Of a stretch of DNA of 64,000 bases, positions 41,184 through 51,897 are shown piece after piece. The first letter of the stretch is position 1. Each line of letters begins with the position of its first letter. The notes under the pieces are model-generated. The model was not told where the DNA came from and did no database searches. It saw only the letters and a list, made by a program, of their open reading frames with translations. The position numbers and the translations under genes are program-made. Origin of the DNA: Thermodesulfobacteriota bacterium (GTDB lineage Bacteria; Desulfobacterota_D; UBA1144); assembly GCA_036340075.1 (NCBI GenBank), contig JAYYZJ010000005.1:109625-173624 (forward strand), in the 5' to 3' direction.

Positions 41184-41474
41184 TTATTCCTCGTCTATAA
41201 CCTTTTTTACTAAAAAGAAGTTTCCATCTTTCCTTGGTGCATTTTTTAAAACTTCATCAACATCAAGCTTAGAAATAGAATCATCATCTCTTTTTGCATA
41301 ATCAGGATTAGTTATATTGTTTTTTTCTAGTTGGTCTTCTGAAGCAAGATTGAGTAATTCAATGTAACTTAGAATTTCGGAAAAGTTTTTCACAAAGGAA
41401 TCAATTTTCTCTTCTTCTACAGAAAGCCTAGAAAGCTTAGAAATTTTCTTTACAAGTTCTTTCTCTTCTGACAT
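41184..41474 (-). CDS. gatC: Asp/Glu-tRNA amidotransferase subunit C
   Basis: KISKLSRL...IL.YIE.L...L.NAP..DG.FF.V.KVI; directly upstream of gatA. Confidence 0.9.
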   Translation of the reverse strand: MSEEKELVKKISKLSRLSVEEEKIDSFVKNFSEILSYIELLNLASEDQLEKNNITNPDYAKRDDDSISKLDVDEVLKNAPRKDGNFFLVKKVIDEE

Positions 41475-41483
41475 TTTAAAATC

Positions 41484-42485
41484 TCACCATGTATTTAGTT
41501 TTTCAACAATAAAATCTAACACATTTTTCTCTAGTTTGACGTTATTAGCTCGATTAATTTCTTGAACACATGTGGGACTAGTTATATTTATTTCAGTTAG
41601 CTTTCCTCCAATAATATCTATGCCAGCAAAATATATGCCAGACTCGATAAGGAAACTCTTAATTTTATTGCAGATATTGATATCATCTTTATTTATTTCT
41701 GTAGGATATGGACTTCCACCTGCATGAAAATTGCATATAAAGCTCCCCTCTTTTGCTACTCTTAATATAGCGCCTAATGGTTCTCCATTTAACATGATAA
41801 TTCTTTTATCACCTTCATAAACTTCTTTTATAAATTCTTGAATAATATATTGACTATCATCTAAATTTAAAGAATCAAAATTTCTCCCATTATACATCTG
41901 CACACCTTCTCCTCCACACAGATTTAAGGGCTTAATAACTATACCAGTTGGAAATATTTCAATATACTCTTCTAAAATTGATTGATTAGGCTTGTCTATT
42001 AGAAAAGTTTTTGGAATTAATTCAGGCCATTTCAAAGTGCATAGCTTCTCATTAGTAAATAAAGAGCTAGGTTTGTTAATTATTAATACTTCATCTTGAA
42101 TTTTTTCTAAACAAGAACAACATTGAAGATATTCATCATCAACTGGCGGATCTGACCTCATAAATATTAAATCTGCATCTGTTAAATTAAAATTTTCTAA
42201 AATATAATAATCTTCATCACTCTTAATCTTCATTTGTGATTTTATCCCCCATTTTGAATTAACAAATACTGACTCCTTCACAAAATCTTTTTCTAAGACT
42301 TCAACAACATATGCTTTTTTGGAAAACACTGTTTTATTATCATTGTGTAAATTAACAGATCTATGATCACAAATTAAAATGCTGAATCCTCTTCTTTGTG
42401 CTTCAAGCATAAGAACATAGCTTGTATCTTTATCAAGATTAATTTCGTTTTCGGTGCTAATAATAAAAAGTGCTATTTGATTCAT
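41484..42485 (-). CDS. gshB: Glutathione synthetase
   Basis: KDTS..LM.EAQRRG, MRSDPP, NEKL, KPL..CGG.GV, EGDKRI and TEINITSPT motifs. Confidence 0.92.
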   Translation of the reverse strand: MNQIALFIISTENEINLDKDTSYVLMLEAQRRGFSILICDHRSVNLHNDNKTVFSKKAYVVEVLEKDFVKESVFVNSKWGIKSQMKIKSDEDYYILENFNLTDADLIFMRSDPPVDDEYLQCCSCLEKIQDEVLIINKPSSLFTNEKLCTLKWPELIPKTFLIDKPNQSILEEYIEIFPTGIVIKPLNLCGGEGVQMYNGRNFDSLNLDDSQYIIQEFIKEVYEGDKRIIMLNGEPLGAILRVAKEGSFICNFHAGGSPYPTEINKDDINICNKIKSFLIESGIYFAGIDIIGGKLTEINITSPTCVQEINRANNVKLEKNVLDFIVEKLNTW

Positions 42486-43558
42486 TAAATCATTTCTACA
42501 AACTTTTTAAAATATTTTCTGGAATCATGAGGTCCAGGAGATGCTTCAGGATGATATTGGACAGAGAAACATTTGTGCATCTTTGACTCTATGCCTTCTA
42601 CTGTGCCATCGTTAAGATTAATATGTGTAATTTTAACATTATCAATTTTGGAATTTGTTACTGCAAATCCATGATTCTGACTTGTTATCTCTACTTTTTT
42701 ATCAGACAAATTCATCACTGGATGATTACCACCTCTATGACCAAACTTAAGTTTAAAAGTTTTCATTCCTAATGCTAATGAAAGTAGTTGATGTCCCAAA
42801 CAAATACCAAATATGGGTTTAAAGCCTAATAGATTTCTAATATTGTCAATTGCATAACTAGCTGCCGACGGATCACCAGGACCATTTGAAAGCAATATAC
42901 CGTCAGGTTTAATTTTTTTTACTTCTTCGACACTCGTGGTAGAAGGTCCAACAGTAAGGTTAACCTTTAATTCATCGCTTAATATATTAAGTATATTTTT
43001 TTTACAACCATAATCATAAACAAAAATGTTTTTTTTATTCCTTTTATTTTGAATTGTATATATCTCTTCACAAGTGGCTTGCAGAGTTAAATCAGTTCCT
43101 TTCATAAGCGGAGAATCTTTAATTTTTTTCATTAATTTAGCTTCATCCTTTTCTGTAGAAGAGATAATACATCTTTGAGCTCCTTGATTTCTAACAATTT
43201 TAGTTAGTTCTCGCGTGTCAATATTCGAAATGCCTACAACTTTATTTTTAATCAAATATTCTTCCAAGCTCATTTCGGAAATAAAATTTGAAGGATAAGT
43301 ACAAAATTCTCTTGCTATAAATCCTTTTGCATAGCATTGATTAGATTCGTTATCTTTTTGATTAATTCCATAATTTCCTATATGCGGATATGTCATCAAT
43401 ATTACTTGAGAATGATAGGAAGGATCAGTAAGAATTTCTTGGTAGCCAGTCATTGATGTATTAAAAACTATCTCTCCTAGTGATTCACCATCATAGCCAA
43501 AATGCTGGCCATTAAAGACTCTCCCATTTTCTAGACATAACTTAGAGGTTTTACCCAT
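42485..43558 (-). CDS. carA: Carbamoyl-phosphate synthase small subunit
   Basis: GEIVFNTSMTGYQE.LTDPSY, LSNGPGDP, GICLGHQ and QYHPEASPGP motifs; start set at ATG 43558. Confidence 0.97.
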   Translation of the reverse strand: MGKTSKLCLENGRVFNGQHFGYDGESLGEIVFNTSMTGYQEILTDPSYHSQVILMTYPHIGNYGINQKDNESNQCYAKGFIAREFCTYPSNFISEMSLEEYLIKNKVVGISNIDTRELTKIVRNQGAQRCIISSTEKDEAKLMKKIKDSPLMKGTDLTLQATCEEIYTIQNKRNKKNIFVYDYGCKKNILNILSDELKVNLTVGPSTTSVEEVKKIKPDGILLSNGPGDPSAASYAIDNIRNLLGFKPIFGICLGHQLLSLALGMKTFKLKFGHRGGNHPVMNLSDKKVEITSQNHGFAVTNSKIDNVKITHINLNDGTVEGIESKMHKCFSVQYHPEASPGPHDSRKYFKKFVEMI

Positions 43559-43623
43559 TAAAATAGTGAAAATACTTCTTTTAATAAAGTTTGTCAATTT
43601 TTAAAACCATATTAAAATACTTT

Positions 43624-44334
43624 ATGCTCGGGATAGGAAGATTACTGAAGAATATAGATACCGATTTTTTTACTTTTGATTATTATCCTTCTGGAGACGT
43701 AAAGTCTTATCACCTTAAATATTGGCTAATTTTCATAGTTAACCTATATTTAAAAGTCTATCATAGAGTCGAGGTGGTAAATCCAGAAAAAATACCACTC
43801 ACTGGTGGAGCGGTAATAGCTTCCAATCATACTTCACATCTAGATGGAATTATAATAAATGCCATAACGGCCTTTCATACTAGAAGAAAAATTAACTTTC
43901 TTGCTGCTGAAGATGTATACAATCAAAATTTCTTATTCAAATTTTTATGTAATTTAGGTAATTGCATTCCTGTCAAAAGGTCAACTAGTGACAGAGTTGC
44001 TCTTTTAAAAGTAATTAAACTATTAAAAAGAAAAAATCTTGTTGGGATTTTTCCTGAAGGTCAACGTTCTAGAAATGGTAAAATTGGGGATGGTAAACTT
44101 GGAGTTTCAATAATGGCAATCAAGTCCGGTGTCCCTATAATTCCCCTAGCAATAAAAGGTACATTTGAAGCTTTTCCTAGAAAAACTAAATTTATCAAAC
44201 CAAACAAAATCATTCTTAAGTTTGGTGATCCGATTACATACGAAGTTGAAGAAAAGCCAACCAAAGAAAGAATAAACGAAGTGAAAAATCATATAATGGA
44301 TGAAATTAAAAAATCTTTTAACTCTATTCCTTAA
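43624..44334 (+). CDS. plsC: 1-acyl-sn-glycerol-3-phosphate acyltransferase (PlsC family)
   Basis: SNHTSHLD (NHxxxxD), IFPEGQRS and PIIPLAI motifs; start uncertain (TTG 43591 or ATG 43624). Confidence 0.85.
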   Translation: MLGIGRLLKNIDTDFFTFDYYPSGDVKSYHLKYWLIFIVNLYLKVYHRVEVVNPEKIPLTGGAVIASNHTSHLDGIIINAITAFHTRRKINFLAAEDVYNQNFLFKFLCNLGNCIPVKRSTSDRVALLKVIKLLKRKNLVGIFPEGQRSRNGKIGDGKLGVSIMAIKSGVPIIPLAIKGTFEAFPRKTKFIKPNKIILKFGDPITYEVEEKPTKERINEVKNHIMDEIKKSFNSIP

Positions 44335-45748
44335 CGTTAAATCTATTTCTTAGAATCTCATTAATTATCTTTGGGTTACCCTTCCCTTTCGTCTCTTTCA
44401 TAGCCTGACCAACAAAAAAAGATATCAGTTTTGTTTCTCCATCCATTATTCTTTTGTGCTCGTCTGGATTGTTCTTTAATATTTCATCAATAATATTGTT
44501 CAGAAATTCTTCAGAACTTTCTTGCTCCAAGCCAAAATCTTTAATTACATCTTTAACATTTTTATTTGTTGTAACAATTTTAACCAAAATATCTTTAGCT
44601 GAATTGTTATTAATTTCTCCAGCAATAACAGCTTTCAAAAGGGATGCAAAATTTTCCTCTGATAAATTAAAGTCTTCTTTATTAATAAACCTTATAAGTT
44701 CGCTTGTTATCCAATTGCAAACGATCTTTGGTTCTTTAATATAATTAAGTGTAGAATCAAAATATTCATAAATAACTTTGCTAGAAAGCAAAATCTCTGC
44801 ATCTTCTTTGGATAACTTATAATCTTCTAGATATTTATTCATTTTTTCATCAAATGATACATAACGAGAAGATTTTATACTTTCTATTCTTTCATCAGTT
44901 AAGACCAACGGTTGCAAATCTGGGTCTGGGAAATATCTATAATCATGCGCATCTTCTTTTGATCTCATTGCATATGTCTTATTTGAATCTGAATTAAACA
45001 ATCTAGTCTCTTGGACTATATTTTTTCCATCTTTGATTTGTTTTATTTGTCTTTCGATCTCATAGTCTATAGCTTTCTGCACAAATCTAAATGAATTCAC
45101 ATTTTTAATTTCTGTCTTGGTTCCAAGTTTTTTAGTTCCAACTTTTCTAACTGATATATTTGCATCACACCTAAAGTTTCCTTCTTCCATATTGCAATCT
45201 GATACACCCGAAAAAATCAAGATATTTCTCAATCTTTTTAAATATTCTACCGCTTCTTCTGATGAAGACATATCTGGCTCTGTTACTATTTCAATTAGAG
45301 GAACACCTGCTCTATTCAAATCAACCATAGAATTTTCTTCTGATAAATCATGAATTAACTTTCCTGCATCTTCCTCCATATGAATTCTATTAATTCTAAT
45401 AATTTTTTTATTTTTTTTATTAAGTTTAATTTCTAGTTGTCCTTTGCTTGCTAGTGGTTCATCATATTGGCTTATTTGATATCCTTTTGGCAAATCAGGA
45501 TAAAAATAATGCTTTCTTGCAAAAGTTGAAATTTTATTTATTTTGCAATTTGTTGATAATCCAGCAATTATTGCTAAATCTACGGCTTTAGAATTTATAA
45601 CAGGTAAAACTCCTGGCAAACCCAAATCAACTTCTGAAACATTAGAATTAGGATGAGACCCGAAATCAGTATTAGAACTTGAAAAGAGTTTTGATTTAGT
45701 TTTAAGTTGGGAATGAACCTCGAGTCCTATAACTGCTTCAAATTTCAT
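44324..45748 (-). CDS. gatB: Asp/Glu-tRNA amidotransferase subunit B
   Basis: IGLEVH.QL.T.SKLF, RK.YFYPDLPKGYQISQ and KEDAHDYRYFPDPDL motifs. Confidence 0.97.
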   Translation of the reverse strand: MKFEAVIGLEVHSQLKTKSKLFSSSNTDFGSHPNSNVSEVDLGLPGVLPVINSKAVDLAIIAGLSTNCKINKISTFARKHYFYPDLPKGYQISQYDEPLASKGQLEIKLNKKNKKIIRINRIHMEEDAGKLIHDLSEENSMVDLNRAGVPLIEIVTEPDMSSSEEAVEYLKRLRNILIFSGVSDCNMEEGNFRCDANISVRKVGTKKLGTKTEIKNVNSFRFVQKAIDYEIERQIKQIKDGKNIVQETRLFNSDSNKTYAMRSKEDAHDYRYFPDPDLQPLVLTDERIESIKSSRYVSFDEKMNKYLEDYKLSKEDAEILLSSKVIYEYFDSTLNYIKEPKIVCNWITSELIRFINKEDFNLSEENFASLLKAVIAGEINNNSAKDILVKIVTTNKNVKDVIKDFGLEQESSEEFLNNIIDEILKNNPDEHKRIMDGETKLISFFVGQAMKETKGKGNPKIINEILRNRFNVKE

Positions 45749-45790
45749 AATTAAACTTCCTCTATATATAATAACTTAAATAGGGCTAAG

Positions 45791-46459
45791 CTATTTTATA
45801 ATCTTACCTGTTTTGTGATACCATAAAACGAAATCTAACTCACCCATAGTCAAATCCACTTTTTTACTAAATTCTTTAAGAGTATCTTCATATTCCAAAT
45901 ACTTATTTCTACTAATAGGAATTTTTGCTGATTCAGATATTAGATTAAAATCTTTCATAATTTTAACAAGGTGTTTATCTAAAATTGCATAATCATTAAA
46001 TCCAATATTTCTTAAAAAATGACTTGCTACTTTCATCCCTACTCCGATTATTTCAGGCTTTTCTACAAAGAAATTTCTTCTTTCATCAGCAGAATCTGTA
46101 TTAATGATATCTCTTAAATTAAAGTAATACGCATCCTGAAGAAATTGTCTTGTTTGGTAAATATAGGTACCACGCAAATTATAGAATCTATAACAAGTTC
46201 TTAATTTTTCAATAATTTCTTCTTTGCTTGCTAAAATTACGAACCTGTCTTTTTTTAAAATTTTATGTACTTTAAAGGCTAGTTCGGCACTAGTTCCTGC
46301 TGCGAGAATACAATAGACTAATTCAAAGAATATCTCTTCATTTGTTCCTTCCTTCCCTATTCTATTAAAAGAATTAACTCTTTTATCAATTCTATCTTTA
46401 TTATTTAAATATATTTTTTTGGATATATCGACAAGATCTTTGGTATTCATTTTAGTCAT
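45791..46459 (-). CDS. ogg: 8-oxoguanine DNA glycosylase/lyase, OGG2 (archaeal/Thermotoga) type
   Basis: F.EL.YCIL....SA, HhH GVGMKVASHFLRNIG, AILDKH, and LD..LWY.KTGKIIK ending in Lys. Confidence 0.85.
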   Translation of the reverse strand: MTKMNTKDLVDISKKIYLNNKDRIDKRVNSFNRIGKEGTNEEIFFELVYCILAAGTSAELAFKVHKILKKDRFVILASKEEIIEKLRTCYRFYNLRGTYIYQTRQFLQDAYYFNLRDIINTDSADERRNFFVEKPEIIGVGMKVASHFLRNIGFNDYAILDKHLVKIMKDFNLISESAKIPISRNKYLEYEDTLKEFSKKVDLTMGELDFVLWYHKTGKIIK

Positions 46460-46501
46460 TATGGTTGTCTTCTTAAATTATTTTCTCTTAATCAAACTTT
46501 T

Positions 46502-47680
46502 TTAGGTAAATATTTTTTTTATGGATCTCGTTGCTTGTAATATTCTATGTTCGTTTTCAATAAGAGCAAATCTTACATACTGATCTCCTTTGTCTCCAAA
46601 ACCGATACCAGGAGAAACAGCAACTTTACAGTCGTGAATTAATTTTTTTGAAAATTCAAGTGATCCAAGATGTGCAAATTTTTTAGGAATCTTTGCCCAA
46701 ACAAACATTGTGGCTTTCGGTGATGGAACTTCCCATCCTGCATTTGCTAGACCTGAGATTAATTTATCTCTTCTTGTTTTATATATATTTCTGGTGTTAA
46801 CAACACAATCTTGGGTTTCATTTAATGCGGATATTGCAGCAATTTGGATAGGTTGGAAAATTCCATAATCTAGATAACTTTTAACTCTTCTTAATGCAGA
46901 GATGATTTCCTTGTTCCCACACATAAACCCGACTCTCCAGCCGGCCATATTATAGCTTTTGGAAAGGGAAAAGGATTCTACACCTAATTCTTTTCCTAAT
47001 GGAGTCTGAAGAAAACTTGGTGCTTTGTAACCATCAAAACATAAATCTGCGTAGGCGAAATCGTGTATTACGATTACTGAATGTTCTTTTGCAAGATTTG
47101 CGACTTTGAAAAAAAAGTCAAGATCAACTGTTTGAGTAGTAGGATTACTTGGGAAAGAAATAATTAAAGCTTTCGGCTTAGGTTCTGTTTCCAAACCTTT
47201 TTTTATGTTATCTAAGAGCAAATTATCATCAGTAGAATCAAAACCTCTAACTTCACCTCTTGCTATTAGAACTGAGTATCCATGTATTGGATAACAAGGG
47301 TCTGGAACCAAGACAACATCCCCTGGTGATAGCATTGATAACATTAAATGAGACACTCCCTCTTTAGATCCAATCGTAACAATTACTTCGCTATCTGGGT
47401 CCAAGTTCACGTCATAATTTTTTTTATACCAATCAGAAATAGCTAATCTAAGTTTCGGTAAACCTGCTGATACAGAATATCTATGATTTTTTCCTTGTAT
47501 TGATGATTCTAATAGTTTTTCTACTATATGTTTCGGTGTTGGCTGATCTGGATTACCCATACCAAAATCAATTATATCTTCACCATTTCTTCTTGCTTTA
47601 TATTTGATTTCATTCACCACAGAGAATACATATGGGGGAAGGTGTTTTAAAAGTGTAAAATTATCGCTGTTAATAGACAT
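46502..47680 (-). CDS. Class I/II PLP aminotransferase, AlaC/YfdZ-like
   Basis: [49 protein letters not shown] and [10 protein letters not shown] motifs. Confidence 0.88.
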   Translation of the reverse strand: MSINSDNFTLLKHLPPYVFSVVNEIKYKARRNGEDIIDFGMGNPDQPTPKHIVEKLLESSIQGKNHRYSVSAGLPKLRLAISDWYKKNYDVNLDPDSEVIVTIGSKEGVSHLMLSMLSPGDVVLVPDPCYPIHGYSVLIARGEVRGFDSTDDNLLLDNIKKGLETEPKPKALIISFPSNPTTQTVDLDFFFKVANLAKEHSVIVIHDFAYADLCFDGYKAPSFLQTPLGKELGVESFSLSKSYNMAGWRVGFMCGNKEIISALRRVKSYLDYGIFQPIQIAAISALNETQDCVVNTRNIYKTRRDKLISGLANAGWEVPSPKATMFVWAKIPKKFAHLGSLEFSKKLIHDCKVAVSPGIGFGDKGDQYVRFALIENEHRILQATRSIKKIFT

Positions 47681-47735
47681 ATTTTTTAAATATAATAAAG
47701 CTATATCATAAATTGTAAATGAGAAAGAGGTAAAG

Positions 47736-48509
47736 TTGAGAAAGACAATTCTAGACCTTCAATTGATGAAAGAGAAGAAAAATCAGATTGTGGCCCTTAC
47801 TGCCTATGATTTTCAAACTGCATCTATTTTAGATAGTCTGTGTGATTTAATTCTAGTTGGTGATTCACTTGGAAATGTCTTTCAAGGGAACGAAACAACT
47901 CTAAATGTAACACTAGATGAAATAATCTATCATGGAAGAATTGTATCAAGAGCAGTTAGTTCTGCTCATTTATGTATCGATATGCCATTTATGACATATC
48001 AAGCATCTACTTCCGATGCATTAATTAATATAGGAAGAGTAATCAAAGAAACTGGGGCTCAATCAGTGAAGATGGAAATTAGCTTTGATACATTAGAGAC
48101 TATTGAAAAAGTTTCTAATTCTGGCGTTCCTGTTGTTGCACATATTGGTCTCTGTCCACAATCCTTTAATGTCTATGGAGGATACAAAAAACAAGGAAAA
48201 ACCAAGGAAGAAAAAGACTATATCCTGGCTTTAGCACAAGAAGCGGAAAATTATGGGTCATCTATAATAGTTGTTGAAGGAGTACCTGACAATTTAACTG
48301 AAAAGATTAATAGATTAGTAAACATTCCAATAATTGGAATTGGGGCTGGTAAAAAGTGTGATGGACAAATACTTGTTACTGAAGATATGTTAGGGATTAC
48401 GCCCTCTCCTCACCCTTCTTTTGTTAAGAATTATTCAAATATACGACAAACGATTAAGAAAGCGGTAAATAGTTATAAAAAAGATGTCAAAGAAAAAAAA
48501 TTCCCTTAA
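47736..48509 (+). CDS. panB: 3-methyl-2-oxobutanoate hydroxymethyltransferase
   Basis: LTAYD, LVGDSLG, DMPF, HIGL.PQ and IGIGAG..CDGQILV motifs; TTG start with GAGG SD. Confidence 0.96.
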   Translation: MRKTILDLQLMKEKKNQIVALTAYDFQTASILDSLCDLILVGDSLGNVFQGNETTLNVTLDEIIYHGRIVSRAVSSAHLCIDMPFMTYQASTSDALINIGRVIKETGAQSVKMEISFDTLETIEKVSNSGVPVVAHIGLCPQSFNVYGGYKKQGKTKEEKDYILALAQEAENYGSSIIVVEGVPDNLTEKINRLVNIPIIGIGAGKKCDGQILVTEDMLGITPSPHPSFVKNYSNIRQTIKKAVNSYKKDVKEKKFP

Positions 48510-49344
48510 AATTATAAAGTCTGCTAGAGAAATGCAGAAAGTTGCATTATCAATTAAAGGAAAGAGAGAAATTGCTTTTGTTCCTACAATGGGAGCACTA
48601 CATAATGGACATTTGTCCCTAGTAAAAAAAGCTAAGACTATAGCAGATATAGTTGTAGTTAGCATATTTATAAATCCTATACAATTCTCTGAGAAAAATG
48701 ATTTAAAGAACTATCCTAAAAACTTACAAAAAGACTTAATTGAACTGAAGGAAATAGGAGTTGATTATGTTTTTATACCAAAAGCAGAAGAAATCTTTGG
48801 ATTAGATTTCCAAACAAAAGTTATTGTTGAAGATCTTCAGCAACACCTTTGTGGACTAAAAAGAAAAAATCATTTCGATGGTGTAACAACTATCGTTTTA
48901 AAACTGTTTAATATAGTAAAACCCCATAAAGCTTTATTTGGCAAGAAGGATATGCAGCAACTACTAATAATAAAAAAAATGGTAGAGGATATGAATATCG
49001 ATATCAAGATTATTCCTCATAGAATTATTAGAGAAAAAAATGGCTTGGCTATGAGCTCAAGGAATACTCTTCTAAATAAAAAAGAAAAAGAATTATCTGC
49101 TAATATTTACAAGGGTCTTAAGATTGGAAAAAGTATGTACAACAAAAAAAGTAACACTAAATCTATTAATATAAAAAGGTCTATTCGTTCTTTTTATAAA
49201 GAAGTTGGAATTAGAAATATAGAATATGTAGAGATAATGAATCCTAAAAAAATGACTTATCCAAAGGAACCATCTAAGAAAGACTTTATTGCTGTTGCAG
49301 TAAGGATAGGAAAAACAAGATTGATAGACAATCTAGAATTTTAA
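48484..49344 (+). CDS. panC: Pantoate--beta-alanine ligase
   Basis: VPTMGALHNGH, SIFINP.QF, FGKKD.QQ, GLAMSSRN and RLIDN motifs. Confidence 0.96.
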   Translation: MSKKKNSLKIIKSAREMQKVALSIKGKREIAFVPTMGALHNGHLSLVKKAKTIADIVVVSIFINPIQFSEKNDLKNYPKNLQKDLIELKEIGVDYVFIPKAEEIFGLDFQTKVIVEDLQQHLCGLKRKNHFDGVTTIVLKLFNIVKPHKALFGKKDMQQLLIIKKMVEDMNIDIKIIPHRIIREKNGLAMSSRNTLLNKKEKELSANIYKGLKIGKSMYNKKSNTKSINIKRSIRSFYKEVGIRNIEYVEIMNPKKMTYPKEPSKKDFIAVAVRIGKTRLIDNLEF

Positions 49345-49359
49345 TTTAAAATTAAATAG

Positions 49360-49749
49360 ATGATTTTAAATGTACTTAAATCAAAAATACATCGTGCTAC
49401 TGTCACTGAAGCAAATCTCTATTACGAAGGTAGTATAACTATAGATAGAAAACTAATGGATTCAGCAAATCTTGTACCTTATGAACAAGTACATGTTTTT
49501 AATCTAACAAATGGTGAAAGATTTTTAACATATGTTATTGAAGGAGAAGCAAATTCCGGTGTAATTTGTACAAATGGTGCAGCGGCTCATTCAGCACAAA
49601 AAGGTGACTGTTTGATTATTGTTTCTTTTGTAAATCTATCTGATCAAGAAGTTAAAAAACATAAGCCCAAATTGGTTTATGTAAATGAGAAGAATCAAGA
49701 AGTTGATGTAGAATTGATAGATGGCAAGCTTGTTAAACTCTTAGGATAA
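49360..49749 (+). CDS. panD: Aspartate 1-decarboxylase
   Basis: [18 protein letters not shown] cleavage site, NGERF.TY and NGAAA motifs. Confidence 0.97.
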   Translation: MILNVLKSKIHRATVTEANLYYEGSITIDRKLMDSANLVPYEQVHVFNLTNGERFLTYVIEGEANSGVICTNGAAAHSAQKGDCLIIVSFVNLSDQEVKKHKPKLVYVNEKNQEVDVELIDGKLVKLLG

Positions 49750-49798
49750 TTTAATACATTTACTTAAAAAAAATAATTTTATTAAGTCTTATGTTCTT

Positions 49799-49863
49799 AA
49801 TTAAGAAAAAAGAAGTCTTTTTCTTTTTTTTTAATTGACTTAATTTTTTTTAAAAGTTATAAA
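49799..49863 (+). promoter_or_regulatory. AT-rich inverted repeat abutting a sigma70-type promoter
   Basis: 16-bp arms at 49799-49814 and 49821-49836 match 15/16; TTGACT (49835-40), 17 bp, TATAAA (49858-63). Confidence 0.6.
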
Positions 49864-49892
49864 TAACAACAGCAACGTATTGGAGAGTTTGA

Positions 49893-50648
49893 ATGAAAGC
49901 TATCATATTAGCTGCAGGAAAAGGAAAAAGACTTCAACCTTACACAAAGAATATACCAAAATGTCTTTTACAATTAGGAGCAGAAACAATTCTTGAACAT
50001 CAAATAAATCATCTGAAATCCTCTGAGATTCAGGAAATTAATGTTGTTGTAGGATTTGGAAGTGAGAAAGTAGAAGAATTTCTTAGTAATTATGATTCAT
50101 TGGGGATTAAAATTAACACTATATATAATCCATATTGGGAATCAACAAATAGTCTTTTTTCTCTTTGGGCAGCAAGAGCTGAATTAGATTCTGATGTAGT
50201 AGTTCTAAATGGTGACGATGTATTTGAGCTAAATGTTCTCAAATTGGCAATATCTAGTAAGCATGAGATAACGCTTCCTTATAAAGTAAAAGAAAAATAT
50301 TCCGATGAGGATATGAAAATAAGGATTCAAGATGGTCTTCTTACACAAATTAGTAAGGAGATTAACAAACCCAATGGAGAATCTGTAGGGATAAGAGTAT
50401 TTAGACAAGAAGGTGTTGGTGTACTTAAAAGATCTCTTGAGAAAGAAATAAGAACCACGGATTTTAACAAAAAATGGTATGCATCTGCTATTGAAAGAAT
50501 CTTACAAAGAGGTCATAAAATCAGCGTAATAGATATTGCTGATATGTACTGGCATGATGTTGACTATCCTCATGATTTAGAAAATGCTAAAGAGAATATT
50601 CTTCTAATTAGCAACAAAAAGTCTAATACGAAGCTTAGTATAGTTTAG
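49893..50648 (+). CDS. Nucleotidyltransferase, phosphocholine/inositol-phosphate cytidylyltransferase-like
   Basis: ILAAGKGKRL..YT...PKCL, YNP.W..TN..FSL, LNGD, EDMK, GES.GI and W.DVDYP.DL motifs; GGAG SD. Confidence 0.88.
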   Translation: MKAIILAAGKGKRLQPYTKNIPKCLLQLGAETILEHQINHLKSSEIQEINVVVGFGSEKVEEFLSNYDSLGIKINTIYNPYWESTNSLFSLWAARAELDSDVVVLNGDDVFELNVLKLAISSKHEITLPYKVKEKYSDEDMKIRIQDGLLTQISKEINKPNGESVGIRVFRQEGVGVLKRSLEKEIRTTDFNKKWYASAIERILQRGHKISVIDIADMYWHDVDYPHDLENAKENILLISNKKSNTKLSIV

Positions 50649-50658
50649 TTTCTATAAA

Positions 50659-51897
50659 ATGATTACAATTATCCTCTGTAAAGGAAAAGGTGTAGACTCA
50701 GAAGAGCTAAATCTCTTTAATAAAGAGAAAGTAGCTGATATTCATCTATTCGAAAGATTTTTAATAGGCTTATCAAATCAGGGATTCAATGAGAGTGTTA
50801 TAATTTCGGATGAAGATTGTCTTCTTAATGAATTACATTACCGCTATCCATCTTCTAGAGTTCAAAGAAAGAGCAAGATAGATGATTTATTAATCAATAG
50901 AGATATACTCATTGTTCAAAACAATGTTGTTGCTAATAAAAAACAAATCTCAAATTTGTTAGAAGTAGTTAATGATTACAACCAATCCTTTATTGGGAAA
51001 AACGATAAAGAAGAAAAATGCGGTATAGTTTTTCTTAAGTCATCCGATATAAAATCTAATAATTTAGAAATTAATAACATATCAAGTCTTAACGGAAAAG
51101 TAAAAGAAATAATACTTGATGATCCACCAAAAAAGATTTCAGTGGAAGAGATTAATAGCAATGCTGCTAGAGATTTTCTCTTTAATCATATTAGTAAAAA
51201 TGTTAGTGGTTGGGTATCAAAAAATATAAATAGTAAAATTTCTATACCCATAAGTAAGATATTAGTAAAAATGAATTTTCATCCTAATTGGATAACATTT
51301 TTCGTAGGCTGTATAGGAATATCCTGTGGATTTTTCTATGCGTCTAATTCTCCAATAGTGGCTGCTATCATATTACAGATATCTACCATTTTAGACAGAT
51401 GCGATGGAGAAGTAGCAAGGATTCGCCTTAAGGAATCAAAATTTGGTCAATGGTTTGATACTGCTTTAGATCAAATTTCATATTTTTCTATGTTTGTAGG
51501 TATAAGTATTTGTTTGAATAATCCTAAATTTTTTACAATTAATCCAGAAATTAACATACTAAGACAAATATCAATTTTAAATGTTTTACTTTATATAATA
51601 TTTTTAACTATAATTTTATTTTTTATGCTTCGCAGGACTAAAAATGGCAGTTTAGCTTATTATCCATTAGAAATAGATAGAATTGTGCCTTTAGAAAATA
51701 GATCTTTGTTTTATAAGATAATGACCAAATTCCGTTTTCTAGCAAAAAGAGAATTTTTTTCTCCTGCTATGATAATTGTTAGCTTGATAGGATATGAATT
51801 TGCAACTTTAATGGCTTTTGTAATTTTATTCTTTGGAATTATTCATTTAGCTGCAGATTTCCTAGAAGCAAGAAAAAGAATAGATATTACCTATTAA
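50659..51897 (+). CDS. CDP-alcohol phosphotransferase (DIPPS-like) with a degenerate N-terminal nucleotidyltransferase-like domain
   Basis: GWVSKNINSKIS...HPNWIT...LDRCDGEVAR....SKFGQWFDTALD signature (DxxDGxxAR..GxxxDxxxD); about 170-aa soluble N-terminal part lacks an intact GxGxRL motif. Confidence 0.85.
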   Translation: MITIILCKGKGVDSEELNLFNKEKVADIHLFERFLIGLSNQGFNESVIISDEDCLLNELHYRYPSSRVQRKSKIDDLLINRDILIVQNNVVANKKQISNLLEVVNDYNQSFIGKNDKEEKCGIVFLKSSDIKSNNLEINNISSLNGKVKEIILDDPPKKISVEEINSNAARDFLFNHISKNVSGWVSKNINSKISIPISKILVKMNFHPNWITFFVGCIGISCGFFYASNSPIVAAIILQISTILDRCDGEVARIRLKESKFGQWFDTALDQISYFSMFVGISICLNNPKFFTINPEINILRQISILNVLLYIIFLTIILFFMLRRTKNGSLAYYPLEIDRIVPLENRSLFYKIMTKFRFLAKREFFSPAMIIVSLIGYEFATLMAFVILFFGIIHLAADFLEARKRIDITY

